Shown: positions 17,541-28,000 of the stretch, one piece after another
Layout: the number at the start of each line of letters is the position of its first letter
Position numbering within the stretch: the first letter of the stretch is position 1
IMG/VR virus record: IMGVR_UViG_3300047202_000291
Length of the DNA stretch: 53,127 bases
Source of the DNA: a virus
Lineage: Duplodnaviria; Heunggongvirae; Uroviricota; Caudoviricetes
Strand: one strand, 5' to 3'
Position numbers and translations under genes: made by a program
The notes under the pieces: model-generated
What the model saw: the letters and a program-made list of their open reading frames with translations, nothing else
The model's database searches: none
Told to the model about the DNA's origin: nothing

Positions 17541-19271
17541 ATGAAGGTTTATGTTATTTTATTAGCAACTTTATTAGCTATAAATTTTGTAATGGCGGCG
17601 CAGCCGATGCAGCAATCGAATAAAATATATTTGGATCCATTTTATAGACAATCTATGTTGTTAGGAACAAACTATACCTATTTAATAAAAGTTAATCCGC
17701 CAGATGGCATAAGTTCGGTGGTTTCAGCAATAATTTCATTTGATATTTATATGACTCCATCGGTTAATTTTTCGTTATCAGTAAATGGTCAGAAATGTAA
17801 TACTCCTTGGTTTTATGTTTCAACAACTTTTGCATCTGCAGGTCAGGCAAGAGTGAATTTTGATTGTAATAATATTATCAATAAGTCCGGAACTTATACT
17901 GTGGTTCTGAGGGCGACCCAGGCAAACACCGGTTCCGTTTCTGGTTGGCTTGATTTGACCTACATGAATAATCCTGCAGGAACAGTCGAAGTTTCAGGAA
18001 CGGAATATCAGGTTGGAGATACGGCAACCACCTTTTTGCAGCTTAAGGATGATCAGGGTCTGCCAGTAAATAATGGTGCTTGTTACCTTGATGTTTACTA
18101 TCCGACAAGTTATAATGCGACTCATACAAAATGGCTAGATAATGTTCCGATGATATTTAAGGGAGGTGGCATGTATTACTATGATGTGGTTGTTCCAAAT
18201 TATACTGGGGTTTATATGACTGCTGCGACTTGTTATTATGCTTATAATTGGGTTTGGATATATCCGTATAATGAACTTGTTTATTATCCGGTTAGAGCAG
18301 CTAATTCTGGAATTTGGGGTGGAGCAGAAGCGAACCTGAATAATCCGGAAGATGGGGTTTATGATGAGTGCACTACCTCGGGAAGTGGGACGTGTCAAGC
18401 TAATTATACTTTTAATATTTCTCAATATGGATCAATAAGTAATATAACTAATATTAATTTATATTATCTTGGAGAAGATACTTCTTCTAAAGTCTTAACT
18501 GTGGCATATTGGAACGGGACGGCATTTGTTAATTTAGCAAATACACTAACTTTTGTTGCCACCGGTTCGGCCACCGTTCCCTCTGGAATAGATCAATTTT
18601 TAACTAATGTAATCCCGTTAAATGGAATAATAAATAATCAGACTGTAATTATAAGATTAACGGTAGTTCATACTGGAACTGCAACTATGTATGATAATTG
18701 GTTGTCGCTCGGAGTATTAAATGCAAAGGGGACTATTCAGGAGCTTAAGGGAAGTAGTGAGATGCATGTTTCTAGTCAGTTGACTGTTATACAGCTTTTA
18801 TTGAATGATATTTGGACTTATATTCAGAATATCTGGAATAAGCTTCTTGGGATTGAAGTTACAGTAAATGCTACCTATAATAATACAAATACAATTATAA
18901 GTCGACTGAATGGAACGGGAAAAATAGCAGAAGTTTTGAATCAATCTACATTAAAGTTCTTGAGTAATATATATTATGCAACAGATTCTGGAAGGCTTTA
19001 TGTTCAGGCACTAAAAGGGGATTTGCCAGCGAATGATTTAAGTTGCTATTTAAATGCATATTATCCTAATGGGAGCATATATGTTGGTGCATCAATGACG
19101 TCAATAGGTTCAAATGGGCTGTATTACTATAATATAACTCCTTCAGTTAGAGGAGTTTATGCTACATCAGTAAATTGCACAAGCGGAGCATTTGGTGGTA
19201 GGACTCTTTATACTGCCGGAAGCTTTGAAGCTTTAGTTTTACCTCAAGATCAAATATCGGTGATAAGTTAA
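17541..19271 (+). CDS. Secreted spike-like protein with two MG2/Ig-like domains and a helical stalk
   Basis: Signal peptide; TEYQVGD...CYLDVYYP...GVY...C and a second CYLNAYYPNG...GVY...C copy. Confidence 0.7.
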   Translation: MKVYVILLATLLAINFVMAAQPMQQSNKIYLDPFYRQSMLLGTNYTYLIKVNPPDGISSVVSAIISFDIYMTPSVNFSLSVNGQKCNTPWFYVSTTFASAGQARVNFDCNNIINKSGTYTVVLRATQANTGSVSGWLDLTYMNNPAGTVEVSGTEYQVGDTATTFLQLKDDQGLPVNNGACYLDVYYPTSYNATHTKWLDNVPMIFKGGGMYYYDVVVPNYTGVYMTAATCYYAYNWVWIYPYNELVYYPVRAANSGIWGGAEANLNNPEDGVYDECTTSGSGTCQANYTFNISQYGSISNITNINLYYLGEDTSSKVLTVAYWNGTAFVNLANTLTFVATGSATVPSGIDQFLTNVIPLNGIINNQTVIIRLTVVHTGTATMYDNWLSLGVLNAKGTIQELKGSSEMHVSSQLTVIQLLLNDIWTYIQNIWNKLLGIEVTVNATYNNTNTIISRLNGTGKIAEVLNQSTLKFLSNIYYATDSGRLYVQALKGDLPANDLSCYLNAYYPNGSIYVGASMTSIGSNGLYYYNITPSVRGVYATSVNCTSGAFGGRTLYTAGSFEALVLPQDQISVIS

Positions 19272-19714
19272 TGGGCAAAAATAAAATAATAATGACATTT
19301 GTAATTTTGGTGATTATTGTGGTTGTCGCAATAGCTGTTAAATTAATATTTTCAGATAAGAAGGAGTTGGAAAAAATTATTATTGATACTGGCGATGGTG
19401 AATTGACCATTGTTTCAAAGACAGAGTATGTTCCTGGAGATGAAGGTCAGATTATAGCTTCATTAAGGGATAAGAATTTCAATAATATCAATGCTTCATG
19501 TGACGCTATTGCTTTATATCCAAATAAGAGTATTTTTTTAAGTCAGTCAATGGTTTCAAATATTATGGAGAATTATTTTATTAATTTTTCAATTCCAAGA
19601 ATCGATGGTGTTTACGAGTATAAGGTAAATTGTTCGTGGGATAATAGGCAAGCAGTTGCTAGCAGTTCATTTCATGTATCGAAAGGAAGGATGAAAGCAT
19701 GGATCGAGAAGTAA
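19271..19714 (+). CDS. Signal-anchored single MG2/Ig-like domain protein
   Basis: TEYVPGD...C...YP...GVYEY..C...SFHVS. Confidence 0.7.
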   Translation: MGKNKIIMTFVILVIIVVVAIAVKLIFSDKKELEKIIIDTGDGELTIVSKTEYVPGDEGQIIASLRDKNFNNINASCDAIALYPNKSIFLSQSMVSNIMENYFINFSIPRIDGVYEYKVNCSWDNRQAVASSSFHVSKGRMKAWIEK

Positions 19715-20742
19715 AATCTAGGACATCAGAAATAATTCTTATCTTTATCATAGTTATAGCCATCTGCGGGTTGGGTATTGTGGCAATAAGTCAGTTTGGC
19801 AATAGCTACTTTGAGCAGCAGCCTTCTTTAGCCTCAAATCAGGAAAGAAGGCTTGTTGCTAGGGTAAAGGGCTCTATTTATGAGAATAGCGAGCAGATGT
19901 CAGTCTTTGGAACCTGTGTCGATTCTTACGATGTGCCCGTAATTAATTCAACAGGCACTTTTTATGCCTGGTTTCCAAATGGGACCCAATATCTCTTGAG
20001 TCAACCAATGACGCAAATGGCCGAAGGTTATTTTGTGTGGCAAGGGGCAATGCCTATTGTGGGAGGAACATATTTGACAGAGTTTATCTGTGATGGTCTC
20101 GGTCAGCAGGCAAGGGCCTGGGGAGAGTGGCAGAATCCAGTATGGGTTAATAGAATCGCAGATATTCTAAGTTTGACAAATTATTCTTATTTATTGCTTC
20201 AGGACGTAAATGGTAATGTAGTTTCAATTAATGCAACGGTTAATGAGATAATTGATATTTTGAATAATCTTAATATAAGCTTGAATTGGTCGATAGTTTT
20301 AAATGCAATTAATGAGAGCACAACCAATATCATACAGAATATCACTTTCTTGCAGCAGACTATGGAGAATGATTTCAATCAGACAAATCAGCTAATCTTG
20401 GATACCCAAGTTATCGCTAATGCTTCGGTGGATAGGACAGATTCTTATCTGGCTTGGTTGCTCTGGAAGATAATCAATGGAACCGGATCGCCAATAAATG
20501 GTAGCGTTACTTGGGACGAATATTATGTGGATAGGGTTGCTTATTGGCATAGTTGGACAATCAAAATTAAAGTTTATGATGAATATGGTTCAATAGTTAG
20601 AAGTCCGTTGGCATATTGTACAATTGAGACTAATATGCATCCTTTACAATATATGGTTTCGGAGGGAGATCACTTTACAATTACCTTATTTATTAATCAA
20701 CTGGATGATTTGAGTTGGATAACATTTTGTTCGAGGGTATGA
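19699..20742 (+). CDS. Signal-anchored Ig-like plus coiled-coil spike protein
   Basis: KGSIYE..E.MSVFG.C...GTYLTE...GEWQNP.WV.RI.D shared with 39570. Confidence 0.7.
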   Translation: MDREVKSRTSEIILIFIIVIAICGLGIVAISQFGNSYFEQQPSLASNQERRLVARVKGSIYENSEQMSVFGTCVDSYDVPVINSTGTFYAWFPNGTQYLLSQPMTQMAEGYFVWQGAMPIVGGTYLTEFICDGLGQQARAWGEWQNPVWVNRIADILSLTNYSYLLLQDVNGNVVSINATVNEIIDILNNLNISLNWSIVLNAINESTTNIIQNITFLQQTMENDFNQTNQLILDTQVIANASVDRTDSYLAWLLWKIINGTGSPINGSVTWDEYYVDRVAYWHSWTIKIKVYDEYGSIVRSPLAYCTIETNMHPLQYMVSEGDHFTITLFINQLDDLSWITFCSRV

Positions 20743-20796
20743 ATCTGGGAATAATGAGAACATTTAAATATTTCAATAGGGATGGAAGGTGAGAGG

Positions 20797-23661
20797 ATGA
20801 AAAAAACAGCAATTATTTTACTGCTTGGCTTGCTTTTGGTAGTTGCATTTACAGAGGCTTCATTTAGGTGTGTGGATGGTTCAACAGATGATACGTGCAC
20901 TGTAATGATTGTTGCGCCGGTCATGAATGTAGCCAACGAGTCTTTTATTAAGATTTGGGGATGGACTAATTCTTCTTTTACCGAAGTTAATTCATATGCT
21001 TTGCCAAGCGGAGATAGTGTTCAAGGGGGAGTTGCTTGTTATAAGGAACAGTGTTATTTTAAGGTAATAGGTACGTCTGGAGGGATATATTCCCTTAACA
21101 TGGTTTCTGGGTCTGCCGTAGCGCACCCCGCATTTTCCGGTAGTAATTTTTATGATGAGAACACCACGCCAGTTTTTTTGCCAGTCGATTCAGATTCCTG
21201 TCCTTTAATAGGCGGATCTCCGGCTTCTTTTTCGCTAAATGAAGGGCATACGGTAACAGTAACTATAGGTAGTTCGGATTATGAGATTACTTTAGACGAT
21301 GTAACATCCCAATGGGCAGCTGATTTTACTATAGATGGAGTGCCTTTCAGTCTTTATTTAAACACTCCGGTTTCTATTGATGTTAATGTGGCTATTGAAG
21401 TAACGGCAGTTAGGACTCATTCAGTTGATTTTAGGCTTATTGTTGGGGGAGGTACTGGAGGAACATATACTGAAGATGTTTTGCTGGCGTTCAATATGTA
21501 TCGTGGCAGTATAAAGGATTGTTCTGCTGGCGTTATAGGTTTGAATTTTACCTTAAGTTCAGTTAATTACGCTGAAAGTTCTTATTCAACATATACGGAT
21601 GATTCTCTTTGTCAGAGAAAAGCGTCAATGGTTGTTCCAAAAGGGACAAATGGAGTTCTTGGCTTTGTTGTAGTGCTTAATCCAGATCCGGACGTTTCAT
21701 CATCACAAAATTCAACAAAATTAACATATATTGAGAATGATTTTTGTGATATTAATCCAGAGACAGCAAGATTCGAAAAAAACACAGTAATTAAGGATCT
21801 TGGGGTAGATGTTTCTGTGACGTGTTTAAGCAATGTGGTTAGGGGTAGGTGTAATAGTGAGGGGGATGTAGATTATGCTTTTATATATGGGACGAATAGC
21901 GATCCGACTCATCTAACCGCCGCCTGTATAGATTCAAATGGTTATCTTAAATATGAGATGTCACTTGATGCAAATTGTTCGGATCTCGTAAATGATATTT
22001 CAGTAACAGAGATTTCACCATATAGTTATTATGATGGGTTTATTTTTGGAAAAGGAATAATCAGCTTTGAGGATGTTGCAAATGGAGTCGCATTATCTCT
22101 TAGGAAACCATCAACGGGAAATTCATCCATATCACAGCAGCTGTTGGGGAATAGTATCCCGGTAGATTTTAACGGGGATAATTTATTTGATTTAATTACA
22201 ATGAATACAACCGATTTGATGTTTTATCTGGGAAACGCTGTGGGGGAGAAAATAACCGCCGGATCTTTGGCAGTGAACAGGCTCTATCCTTGTGATATAG
22301 ATTTTTCAATTGAGCCAAATGGGATTGGTCAAGTAGGTGTAATAGCAACAGTTCCTTCTCCATCAAATAAGCAAAGTTATTATTATACTGCTAACTTCGG
22401 TGATGGTTCGGAGACGATTACTCAGGATCCTAGCAATCCTTTGCAATCATCCCCTGATTTATTTCAACATACCTTTAAGGAACCGGGGAATCATACAGTA
22501 AATGCTTCGGTTTGTCTTAAGAATGGCACAAAACCAGATCCGTGTGCCTCTTCGACTTGTGTCTTGGTAGCGCCATATAATGTAACTAAAGTCGATCCAG
22601 TTGATCCAGGTCCCGGGGAGTGTTTAGGAAAAAATCTTGGGTTCGTGATAGATAATCCTGCGATTATAGATATTTGTGCAGATGCCTATGGTTATATTAA
22701 CTTCAATGGTTTGGGTAAATTTATGGCTGCGAAGAAAGAGGTTTGTGATCAGAGATCAGGTCATGTGACGTTTTATGTAAAGATGCAGGATTCGGGCGCA
22801 AAGGCGGATTTGGTGCTTAGAAGTGCTACAAATCCATTTGAAGGTTCTGGTGGATATCTGGCTCAATTGAAAATAGAAGGGTCAGTCTTTAAGGTATTTA
22901 AGAATAGTACATGGACTATTGTAAAAAACAATGTTTCGTTGAATACCTGGCATAGGATAAAGATAGAGGTAGATACTCAGGTGAGGAAAGCATATTATTA
23001 TCTGGATGATGAAGCAGATTCATTTTATTCAGCAGCCTTTTTGGATGTGACAGTTAAAAGTTTATTTAATACCCAGATTATGATAAAATACTTTGGAGGG
23101 AATTTTTGGTTTGATAAGTCTCCTTGGGGTTGTGTTGTTACTGGGGCAATAACAATTCCGCAGGTGAATAAATTGATTGATAATTTTGAAGCTTGCGGGA
23201 TGAGTATAAATATATTGTCTGGTTGCGACCCAACTAATGGGACGTTATATTCGGCGGCAGTTAAGGCGGGAGCAGCATCAGATTCTTATGATAATGTTGC
23301 GGGGTTTTGCAGAAGCAAAGATACGACTCTTTTAGCTTGTTACGATCATAGCGAAAGCAATAATAGGGTTTGTACCTATGAGGATTTGAAGAACATAGTG
23401 AATATAAGACCAGCTTGTACAGCGGAAGTGATGAATTATTGTGTGGATTTCCTATATAAATTGAAAAGCGGAGGTCAGGCATCAGATGGTGTTGTAGTTT
23501 GTTCAGCAACTCTTGGATTTGGTGTCGCGATGGATAAGGTAACTGTGCCAATTATCTCTTATGTATATAGGATATTTTTAGCAAATTGGCTTGAGATTGC
23601 GCTTTTGATAGTGGGCTTGATTGTGATCTTTACAATAATAGGATTGAAGAAAAAAACTTAA
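20797..23661 (+). CDS. Large Cys-rich surface protein (FG-GAP-like, PKD-like and lectin-like segments; C-terminal TM)
   Basis: Signal peptide MKKTAII; PVDFNGDNLFD; ANFGDG...HTFKEPGNHTV; TM-GLKKKT; TATA at 20763-20770. Confidence 0.75.
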   Translation: MKKTAIILLLGLLLVVAFTEASFRCVDGSTDDTCTVMIVAPVMNVANESFIKIWGWTNSSFTEVNSYALPSGDSVQGGVACYKEQCYFKVIGTSGGIYSLNMVSGSAVAHPAFSGSNFYDENTTPVFLPVDSDSCPLIGGSPASFSLNEGHTVTVTIGSSDYEITLDDVTSQWAADFTIDGVPFSLYLNTPVSIDVNVAIEVTAVRTHSVDFRLIVGGGTGGTYTEDVLLAFNMYRGSIKDCSAGVIGLNFTLSSVNYAESSYSTYTDDSLCQRKASMVVPKGTNGVLGFVVVLNPDPDVSSSQNSTKLTYIENDFCDINPETARFEKNTVIKDLGVDVSVTCLSNVVRGRCNSEGDVDYAFIYGTNSDPTHLTAACIDSNGYLKYEMSLDANCSDLVNDISVTEISPYSYYDGFIFGKGIISFEDVANGVALSLRKPSTGNSSISQQLLGNSIPVDFNGDNLFDLITMNTTDLMFYLGNAVGEKITAGSLAVNRLYPCDIDFSIEPNGIGQVGVIATVPSPSNKQSYYYTANFGDGSETITQDPSNPLQSSPDLFQHTFKEPGNHTVNASVCLKNGTKPDPCASSTCVLVAPYNVTKVDPVDPGPGECLGKNLGFVIDNPAIIDICADAYGYINFNGLGKFMAAKKEVCDQRSGHVTFYVKMQDSGAKADLVLRSATNPFEGSGGYLAQLKIEGSVFKVFKNSTWTIVKNNVSLNTWHRIKIEVDTQVRKAYYYLDDEADSFYSAAFLDVTVKSLFNTQIMIKYFGGNFWFDKSPWGCVVTGAITIPQVNKLIDNFEACGMSINILSGCDPTNGTLYSAAVKAGAASDSYDNVAGFCRSKDTTLLACYDHSESNNRVCTYEDLKNIVNIRPACTAEVMNYCVDFLYKLKSGGQASDGVVVCSATLGFGVAMDKVTVPIISYVYRIFLANWLEIALLIVGLIVIFTIIGLKKKT

Positions 23662-23670
23662 GGTGAGACT

Positions 23671-24975
23671 ATGAAAAAAGCAATATTTATTTTATTGGCA
23701 ATGAGTATATTATTGGTATCATTTTGTTTTGCGCAGGGAAACGGGACTAATAATTATCTCAAGATTTCGAATGTAACTTTTATACCTTCATATAGGTATA
23801 GTGTGGAAAATCCTCCGTCAGAGTTGCCTCTTGGATGTAATGATTTTATGGAAATGCACGCAGATGTTGAGGATGCATGTCAAGGTACGGTCGGAGCAGT
23901 TGGTGTTAGGGATGTAACCTTCGATTTACTTGTGCTTGATACGAGTAATTCTCCGTTAGGGCAGCCATTGGGTAATGCGACAGTTCTTTTGAGGAAAAGC
24001 ATTCCGGGGGTTCGAGTTAGTGGAAATGAGACGAAGGGGCATTATTATGCGCAATATACTGTATATCCGGTCTTTTCTCCAAATTCAAATCCAAAGATCG
24101 AATATGAGTTTCTTGATGTGCATGTAACGACGAGAGAGGATTCGGTTGGTTATTGTGAGGTTGGTTTCTCCGGATCTGGAATTGGGCAATCTCAATGTGG
24201 TCTTAATGCTGATGAGACTCCGCTTTATTTATATTGTTTTGGTACGGATGTGTTGGAGGATTATCCGGGATTCTCATATTCTGGGAGAATGTTTAATTCA
24301 ACTTGTTTATGTAGTTCAACAGCCACACAAAGTAATTGTACCATTTGGAATTATTATAATACCTCTTGGGCAATAGTTGCTGGATGTGAGGGATCAACCT
24401 ATGAAAGTGGGTTGCTTGCTCCCTGTGATTATTGCGATCCATTATGGACTCCCCAATATAGTAGCTGTAGTGTAGATGATTACGGGACAATGACTGGAAC
24501 AATGGCGAAAGCATATACTTCATTAGGTAGGGATCCTAATAATCCATCCCAGTCTTGTGGTGATGCAACAAGGAATACCATAGGTCAGATTATATTTAAT
24601 CATCCGGGAGGGGCTTCAGACACCAAAGCACCATATGATTCTGGAGCCGAGATTTCTTGTTCAATTGATGCCTGGTTAAGGGGAGATCATGATATGTATG
24701 CGACCGGAAAAAACACGATTCCTGCAATAGGAGATAAGAAAGTTGTTAATTTTGAGAATATGCAGGTAACTAACTTTACATTTGGTTCAACTTTCCAGCC
24801 CTTGATGTTCGATGTAGATTATGATGGGCGAAATGATGTATTTGTTATCGGGTCCGGTAAGATATATGATTATAGTATAAATCCAGGTAGCAATATTTAT
24901 TTAAAAAGGTCATTAAATACAGCATACACTTTCACAGGGCAGCCAGCAATTTATGGAGTGGAGGAGCTGGTTTAA
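23671..24975 (+). CDS. Secreted Cys-rich protein, apparently C-terminally truncated
   Basis: Signal peptide; ends shortly after FG-GAP-like FDVDYDGRNDV with no anchor. Confidence 0.65.
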   Translation: MKKAIFILLAMSILLVSFCFAQGNGTNNYLKISNVTFIPSYRYSVENPPSELPLGCNDFMEMHADVEDACQGTVGAVGVRDVTFDLLVLDTSNSPLGQPLGNATVLLRKSIPGVRVSGNETKGHYYAQYTVYPVFSPNSNPKIEYEFLDVHVTTREDSVGYCEVGFSGSGIGQSQCGLNADETPLYLYCFGTDVLEDYPGFSYSGRMFNSTCLCSSTATQSNCTIWNYYNTSWAIVAGCEGSTYESGLLAPCDYCDPLWTPQYSSCSVDDYGTMTGTMAKAYTSLGRDPNNPSQSCGDATRNTIGQIIFNHPGGASDTKAPYDSGAEISCSIDAWLRGDHDMYATGKNTIPAIGDKKVVNFENMQVTNFTFGSTFQPLMFDVDYDGRNDVFVIGSGKIYDYSINPGSNIYLKRSLNTAYTFTGQPAIYGVEELV

Positions 24976-24996
24976 TTCGCAAGAGGGGCGAAGGAA

Positions 24997-25071
24997 ATGC
25001 AGAAGTATAAGGTATTGATTATTCTGGTAATTATTGCCCTAAATTTGTTTTCGAGCGTGATGTTTAAATGA
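24997..25071 (+). CDS. 24-aa signal-peptide-only mini-ORF
   Basis: MQKYKVLIILVIIALNLFSSVMFK*; GAGGGG upstream; TGA overlaps ATG 25068. Confidence 0.4.
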   Translation: MQKYKVLIILVIIALNLFSSVMFK

Positions 25072-28000
25072 AAAAAATATTTTTATTTATATTGATGTTT
25101 GTCTTTTCAATATATTATACTCATGCTTTCAGTGGTTCTGGTGATGGGACCGGAAGCAATCCTTTTCAAGTAACTGATTGTTTGCAATTACAGGAAATTG
25201 AGCTTAATTTAACTGCTAGTTATATTGTAATGAATAACATTAATTGCAATGATACAATTAATTGGAATGGCGGGGCAGGATTTATACCGATTAGTAGCTT
25301 CTCAGGTTCTTTTGGCGGAAGAGATTATGTTATCAGTAAATTATATATATATGATACTCGTTCATATCCGAGAACCACCGGTTTATTTGGTTGGTTTGGT
25401 CCTGGTACTATCAGCAATGTATTTTTAGAAGATGTTAATATAACGGGATCACATGGATCTTATTCTTGTGATGTTGGTGGATTAGTGGGTTTTCAAAATG
25501 GGGGAATAATTTCTGGTTCTCATGTTACTGGAAGCGTAAAGTCAGGCATTATTGTTGGCGGGTTAGTGGGTAATAAAAATCAGGGAATTATTATTAATTC
25601 ATATTCTGCTGCGAATGTAGTGGGAGATCGGGACGTGGGTGGATTAACAGGCTATAATTATGGGCCCATAAGTAATTCATATTCTATTGGAAATGTAACG
25701 GGGAATAGTTATGTTGGTGGATTAATAGGATCTAATCGAGGGGGAGTTGTTAATTCATATTCTGTTGGGCGTGTAGTGGGGGGTGGTAGTTATGTTGGTG
25801 GATTAGCAGGGCGCGATACAGGAGGTTTTACTAATTCATATTGGAATAACGAAACAAGTAATCAAAACACAAGTGCGGGTGGAGAAGGTAAAACAACAGC
25901 CGAGATGAAACAACAAGCAACCTTTGTTGACTGGGATTTTGCTAATATTTGGACTATTGATGGGGGAGTGACCTATCCAGATTTAATAACAGAGGAACAT
26001 CTCGAATGTCTTGTTGATTCTGATTGTGGGCTTTGTGATGGATGTGAATTTGGACTGTGCGTTGTGCAGCCCATGTATGAGGACCTAAAAGATGAATGTC
26101 CAATAAGTTTTAATGCTTGTTTGAACAACTATACCCTACAAGGTCCGGGCGGTTTTTGTGGTGGTCATATGTTCCAGAAGGGCGTGTGTGATGTAAGTTC
26201 TGGGGCGGCTAATGTTAGTGTTGGAAATGTTTGTATCAACGGGACAGATACTAATCCAACTTCTGGAGTTAATTGCGGAATATGGAAGAATTGTATATAT
26301 GAAAATACGTTTGCCAACGAATATTATGTAGGTTATATTGGAGATGGAACAGATACTTGTATTGATACAGATTGGCAGCCAACAGGAACAATATGGAATG
26401 CTAGTGTTGATTATTACGTAAAAACGACTGAACATGCAGAAACTTGTCAAGAATGGAGTCGCGCACTGGGTTGGGCATGGTCGGGTTCTTATGGTGCAAG
26501 TGAAGGAACGATTGTTTTAAAAAATGCTGTTGTTTCAGTGTATGGGGGAGTCATATCTTTAGCCTATGCAGACGATACTTACATTACGACTACCTGGCCA
26601 GTCGATGTAGAAGGATATACTTTTTATACTGTGCTTAATACTGGAGATTTGGATGAGGCATTTTTCTTTTGGATAAATTGGACCTCTAGAGATTATATTA
26701 TTGTTGCTTTAAATGTAGTTACGCAGACCTGGAGAAATGTAACTTTTGGGTCTTATTCTGACGATTTGGAATTCGAAGGGGTTAATTGTATATCTGTTGG
26801 AGAAGGATATAATGGTATTCCGAATGACGCTGAATGTTATATCCTATATTTAAATAACCTGACATTTGAGATACAAGGAATAATGGACGGCATTAATACG
26901 ATTGATAATTTAACCTATTTCGGGGGGTGGATTGGTTTTATAGGTGAAGCTAAAATATATGTGAGTCAAGAGAATAATTGGAATCTCCCTAATCGTCCTC
27001 CCGGCGGAACTATTGAAGATAGCGGGATTTGGGGTTGGGATGGATATTCTTGGAATCATGAAATTATCCATATAACGGGATGGTGGGATGGATATTATGG
27101 AGCAAGTATGATTGCTGAGTCATTAGATGGTCATAGGGCTTTAATCGCCAGTCCAATAGCTCATTTGATGATTTATGATAATGGTTCTTTTATTGATCAA
27201 GGTAGTGCTTGGTCCGGTCTTCAGATTGAGGAGTCCACCGGAAGAATTTGCATGAGCGGAGGGTGGAATAATAATATTCAGGTTAGTTGTATGGATTATT
27301 GGGGAGGTAATGATACTTGGGTGGCGGAAGTTGATGCATGTGTGCAGATAGCTACCCCGGAAAGTTGCGAAACGTGGCCGGGTAGTTTTAATGCCGACGG
27401 GTTTGATTGTAATGCAAATACTTCGGTATGCGCTATCGGGGGAATAATGAGGAGTTGGCCAAGTTGGGTGGGATTAATTTTTTATAATCATAGAGTTGCT
27501 CCGATAGCAATAGGTAGTATTATAACTCAAATAGCAATTCCAAATCCAGTTGCTTACGGGAGTATAACAACTTGGTCAGCAATACCGACGCATTCATTAG
27601 GTTATCAGAGCAATGTAACGATGACAATAAGCGGTGCTTGTCTTGATGTTTCATATTTAACATATGATTTTTTTGATGTAAATAGTGGAGATACAGTATC
27701 TTACCCATTTGACACAACACAATTTAATTCTAATGCTAATTGTACAATACATACGGTAGCGTACTTTACAAGCGGAGATGTGGCGAATGCTACAGATATA
27801 ATCCTTCAAGTAATAGGAGAAACAGAGGGCGAATTGGGTGGCCTTATTTGTTCAAATGGGCTTCCAGGAAGATGCACGACTTATCTTGCAGTTCCAATCT
27901 CTCCATATGTTAAATTTTTTGATTCTACTTTAGTGGAAGCTACGACGGTAAACATAGGTAAAAGCATTACTGGAGCGGGCATAGCATGTCATTTGAATAA

